Shown piece after piece: positions 61,279 to 64,000 of a stretch of DNA of 64,000 nt. How positions within the stretch are numbered: the stretch's first letter is position 1; the number at the start of each line of letters is the position of its first letter. The DNA lies in NCBI GenBank assembly GCA_010093705.1, contig MU006090.1, positions 620,001 to 684,000 of the forward strand, given 5' to 3'. Below the pieces are notes generated by a model, which made no database searches, was not told where the DNA came from, and saw only the letters and a program-made list of their open reading frames with translations. Source of the DNA: Patellaria atrata CBS 101060 (lineage: Eukaryota). A program made the translations under genes and the position numbers.

Positions 61279-62600
61279 ATGCTTATTGCCTCAGGGGACA
61301 TGTGGGAACCAGATCTTAACCCACTCGAGGATAAGACCGCTTCTGACAGAGAATGGAAGAAGCAATGGAAGAAGCAATGGAAGAAGAGAGAAAGAGCAGA
61401 GGTAAAGAAAAATGCTAAACGCGAAGCACAACGACGTGAAAATCTGCGATCAAGCGTTAACCCCCCCGGATATTTTTAAACAAGTACCGGCCATTCCCTT
61501 GACTTTACGGCGGAGTGATTTACAGCAAGAACTTCGTGAGTTTGATTTTTACCCTGTGGTTCACGCACAAAGCCCGCGAAAGTAACACTTTTCGCTAATC
61601 AGAGCAGCCTAAGGAGACATTTCGGTCTATGGACCTACCTACAGAGCTACGAGTCCGCATATATCGATGTGCTCTTGTCTCTCAAGAACCAATTGACATC
61701 TGGCCCCCAGGGACTGCATTAAGCACCTCGTCCGCTTTAAATCTTCGGAGAATAGAAACGTACAAACATCTTACTGTTCAAGTTGTTGCGTGTAAGTAAG
61801 ACAATGCACAAGGAAGTAACATGGGAGTTCTATGCTCAGATTTCTTTCCGATTCACGGGTGAAGACGGCGATGCTGCTCTCGCGGCATTTTTATATACGA
61901 TTAAACCGAAGAATTACATGTTCTTGCACGATTTATCCCTTCACATACCTTTAACGCAACGTATAGACCTTGTTATGTCGAAGTACGAAGGGAATCAAAA
62001 GATGGCAATGAAACGGATGGAACTTCAATATCCTCCTACTATTCGAGATCACGGCTATATAAACCGGATTTTGTCGATAGTATCTTCGCTCTCAGCAAGG
62101 TGACAAAGCTCAACTCTTTGAAGCTCATTCTTCCAGTCGACTTCGAGCCCGCTTTTGCCCACTACTCCTATCCGAGACTTGGGGGCAGGTCGTTCGTCAC
62201 TACGATTAAAATCAAACGTTTCTTTGATCTGGTGGACGATGTCTTAAGATCAGCTGTACCAGACTGAAAGTTTGGGATAGTTATTCTTGATGAGGAAAAG
62301 GAGATCAATCGGACCTGTCAAGTTCCAGATGTCCCGTGACTCGACATTGCCGGCTTTGTTGAAGAAAGCAGGAAGAAGGCCTGGGCTGTCAAAGTTGGGC
62401 AGTTAGAGGATGGTGGCGGCTGGAGTATTATTAGAGACGTCACCAAAGCCCTCGACGACTGGGAGGAGTCGGAGGACCATCTTGTTCGCGAAGACGGGAA
62501 GAATTTGAGTATCATTGATTATCCAAATTCCAGGAACTCCTTGTTCACAATTCGTTTCGAGGATACCGTAGATTCAAGGATTTGTTATTGGTTGAAATAG
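61279..62600 (+). pseudogene. F-box-like (LPxELRxxIY) gene remnant with frameshifts and nonsense codons
   Basis: FRSMDLPTELRVRIYRCAL from ~61620. A frameshift before LLRVSKTMHKE...FRF (61783), a second shift near 62060, and in-frame TGA codons at 62265 and 62337. Confidence 0.7.
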
Positions 62601-62938
62601 GTTATATTGTTACCTTGTTTCAATCGCCTTCTTTGTTATGGTTAGTATTCTTGGCCCCTTATATTCCTTTTATATATTTAGAGGAAGGACCTTCAGTTAT
62701 AACTATCATTCAGTCTCGGTTTTCTGTATGTTTCGTCATCTGTACAGTTATTAGACAATTGTGTGTTTCCGGCGGAGGGAGGCAGCACCTACGGTATAGA
62801 AATCAATCACTTATCAATCATTACTTCAGTTTCTCATGTGGATGTGTTAACTTCATTTTTCCAGGATTTTATTCTACAGAATCGATACCATATCACAAAG
62901 ATATAAATATCGTTAGTCTAACGGCAGTCGAAAAGGTT

Positions 62939-63775
62939 CTAAACAACAGCATTCCCCCTCTTCCGCTTCTCCTCCATCCACTTCATCCTCAACCTCTCAA
63001 GATTCTTATCATTCATCAACTCCTCCCGCTCATCCCTAGAAAGCGGGCGAGTCGACGAGCTATCCGTCCTCCGAAAACGAGGCGTCCCCTCCATACCGGT
63101 TCCACTCCACTTGAACTCCCCCCGATCACTCTCCCACAACTTCGCCACCTCCTTCTTCAACCGATCCATCTTCTTCGGACTCGGACTCGGCCCCCGGATC
63201 ACCTTTGCCTTCGCGCGCTTCATGAACCTAGCGTGTTCCTGTGCGGCGGGGGGCGTGTACTTGTTGCGGTCGTGCACATAGGAGTCTTGGATCGGGGAGG
63301 AGGGGCGCGGGTTCGCGTCGTTACCTGACCAGATCTGGTGGCTCGGGGAGGAATAAGGGGAGGAAGGGGTGCGGGGGCGTTTGGGTGTGGCGCCGCGCTT
63401 ACGGGTAGATGGTGGTGAGGGGGGACTGCTTGAACGGGGGAAGGATGAGGAAGTGGAGGTGCGGCGTGTCCAGAAGACCGGGGGGCTCGGACAGCTGAGA
63501 CTCGTGGAAGCTTTGTCTTCGTCGAGTTTGAGCGATGTGAAGGCTTGGAGGACTTTCTGTTGCGCATCTCTGTCTCTGAGGACGGACTCGGCTTCCTTGA
63601 TTCGGGCGAATTGAGCCGCGGCGTCAGGGGATTTGTTCTTGTCTGGATGGTAGAGAAGAGCGAGCTTCTTGTACGCGGTCTTGACGTCCACTATGGGAGA
63701 CCCAAAGGGGAGACCCAGTGTTTGGTAGTATGGAGTGAGAGCACTCGCGATATCTGCTCGGGTGTACTTTGCCAT
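62939..63775 (-). CDS. J-domain (DnaJ) protein with a disordered S/P/R-rich C-terminus
   Basis: YYQTLGL...VKTAYKKLALLYHPDKN...FARIKEAESVLRD. Confidence 0.85.
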   Translation of the reverse strand: MAKYTRADIASALTPYYQTLGLPFGSPIVDVKTAYKKLALLYHPDKNKSPDAAAQFARIKEAESVLRDRDAQQKVLQAFTSLKLDEDKASTSLSCPSPPVFWTRRTSTSSSFPRSSSPPSPPSTRKRGATPKRPRTPSSPYSSPSHQIWSGNDANPRPSSPIQDSYVHDRNKYTPPAAQEHARFMKRAKAKVIRGPSPSPKKMDRLKKEVAKLWESDRGEFKWSGTGMEGTPRFRRTDSSSTRPLSRDEREELMNDKNLERLRMKWMEEKRKRGNAVV

Positions 63776-64000
63776 TTTTATGGTTGGAATTTGATCGTCC
63801 TGCGAGCAAATTATAGCTACAAATTTTCTTTAGGCGTGCTTTCGCGGTGAATAATGGATGTGATAAATATACGATAGGCTGACTTCAGAAAAGATGTAAA
63901 CGAGCTTTCTTCTTATAGACTCGAAGTACTCGTCTCACTGATATACAATGTCCATCTCGGACAAAGGGGCTCGAGGAACGAGTATGCAGTAGACACAACG

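Overview
Intron-containing genomic DNA from a filamentous ascomycete (Pezizomycotina; Dothideomycete-like is only my inference). It carries about 17 intact protein genes. In order: 3' part of a PDR-type ABCG transporter, PL3 pectate lyase, Atf1/AtfA bZIP factor, dynactin p27-like LbH protein, RIB3, neutral ceramidase, SPF27/BCAS2, a GT2 glycosyltransferase, phospholipase D (SPO14/PLD1), an alpha/beta hydrolase, a CBM48 (Crp1/Mdg1-like) protein, a ~2,950-aa acidic repeat protein split by a 275-N gap, a 2OG-Fe(II) oxygenase, an FHA+forkhead factor (FHL1-like), SNF7, TEN1 and a J-domain protein. Two further loci are disrupted: a BTB-like gene with one frameshift and an F-box-like pseudogene. The most interesting signals are non-coding. 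(1) A ~175-nt Pol III-like unit at 5324-5498 has A/B-box-like elements, a tRNA T-arm but no valid anticodon arm, four further hairpins and a T-run terminator. (2) A 552-nt intron in the oxygenase gene is bounded by an 11-bp inverted repeat covering both splice sites and holds several spare donor sites and hairpins. (3) A perfect 10-bp stem could sequester the first 5' splice site of atf1. All gene models and RNA folds were derived by eye; no database search or folding program was run.
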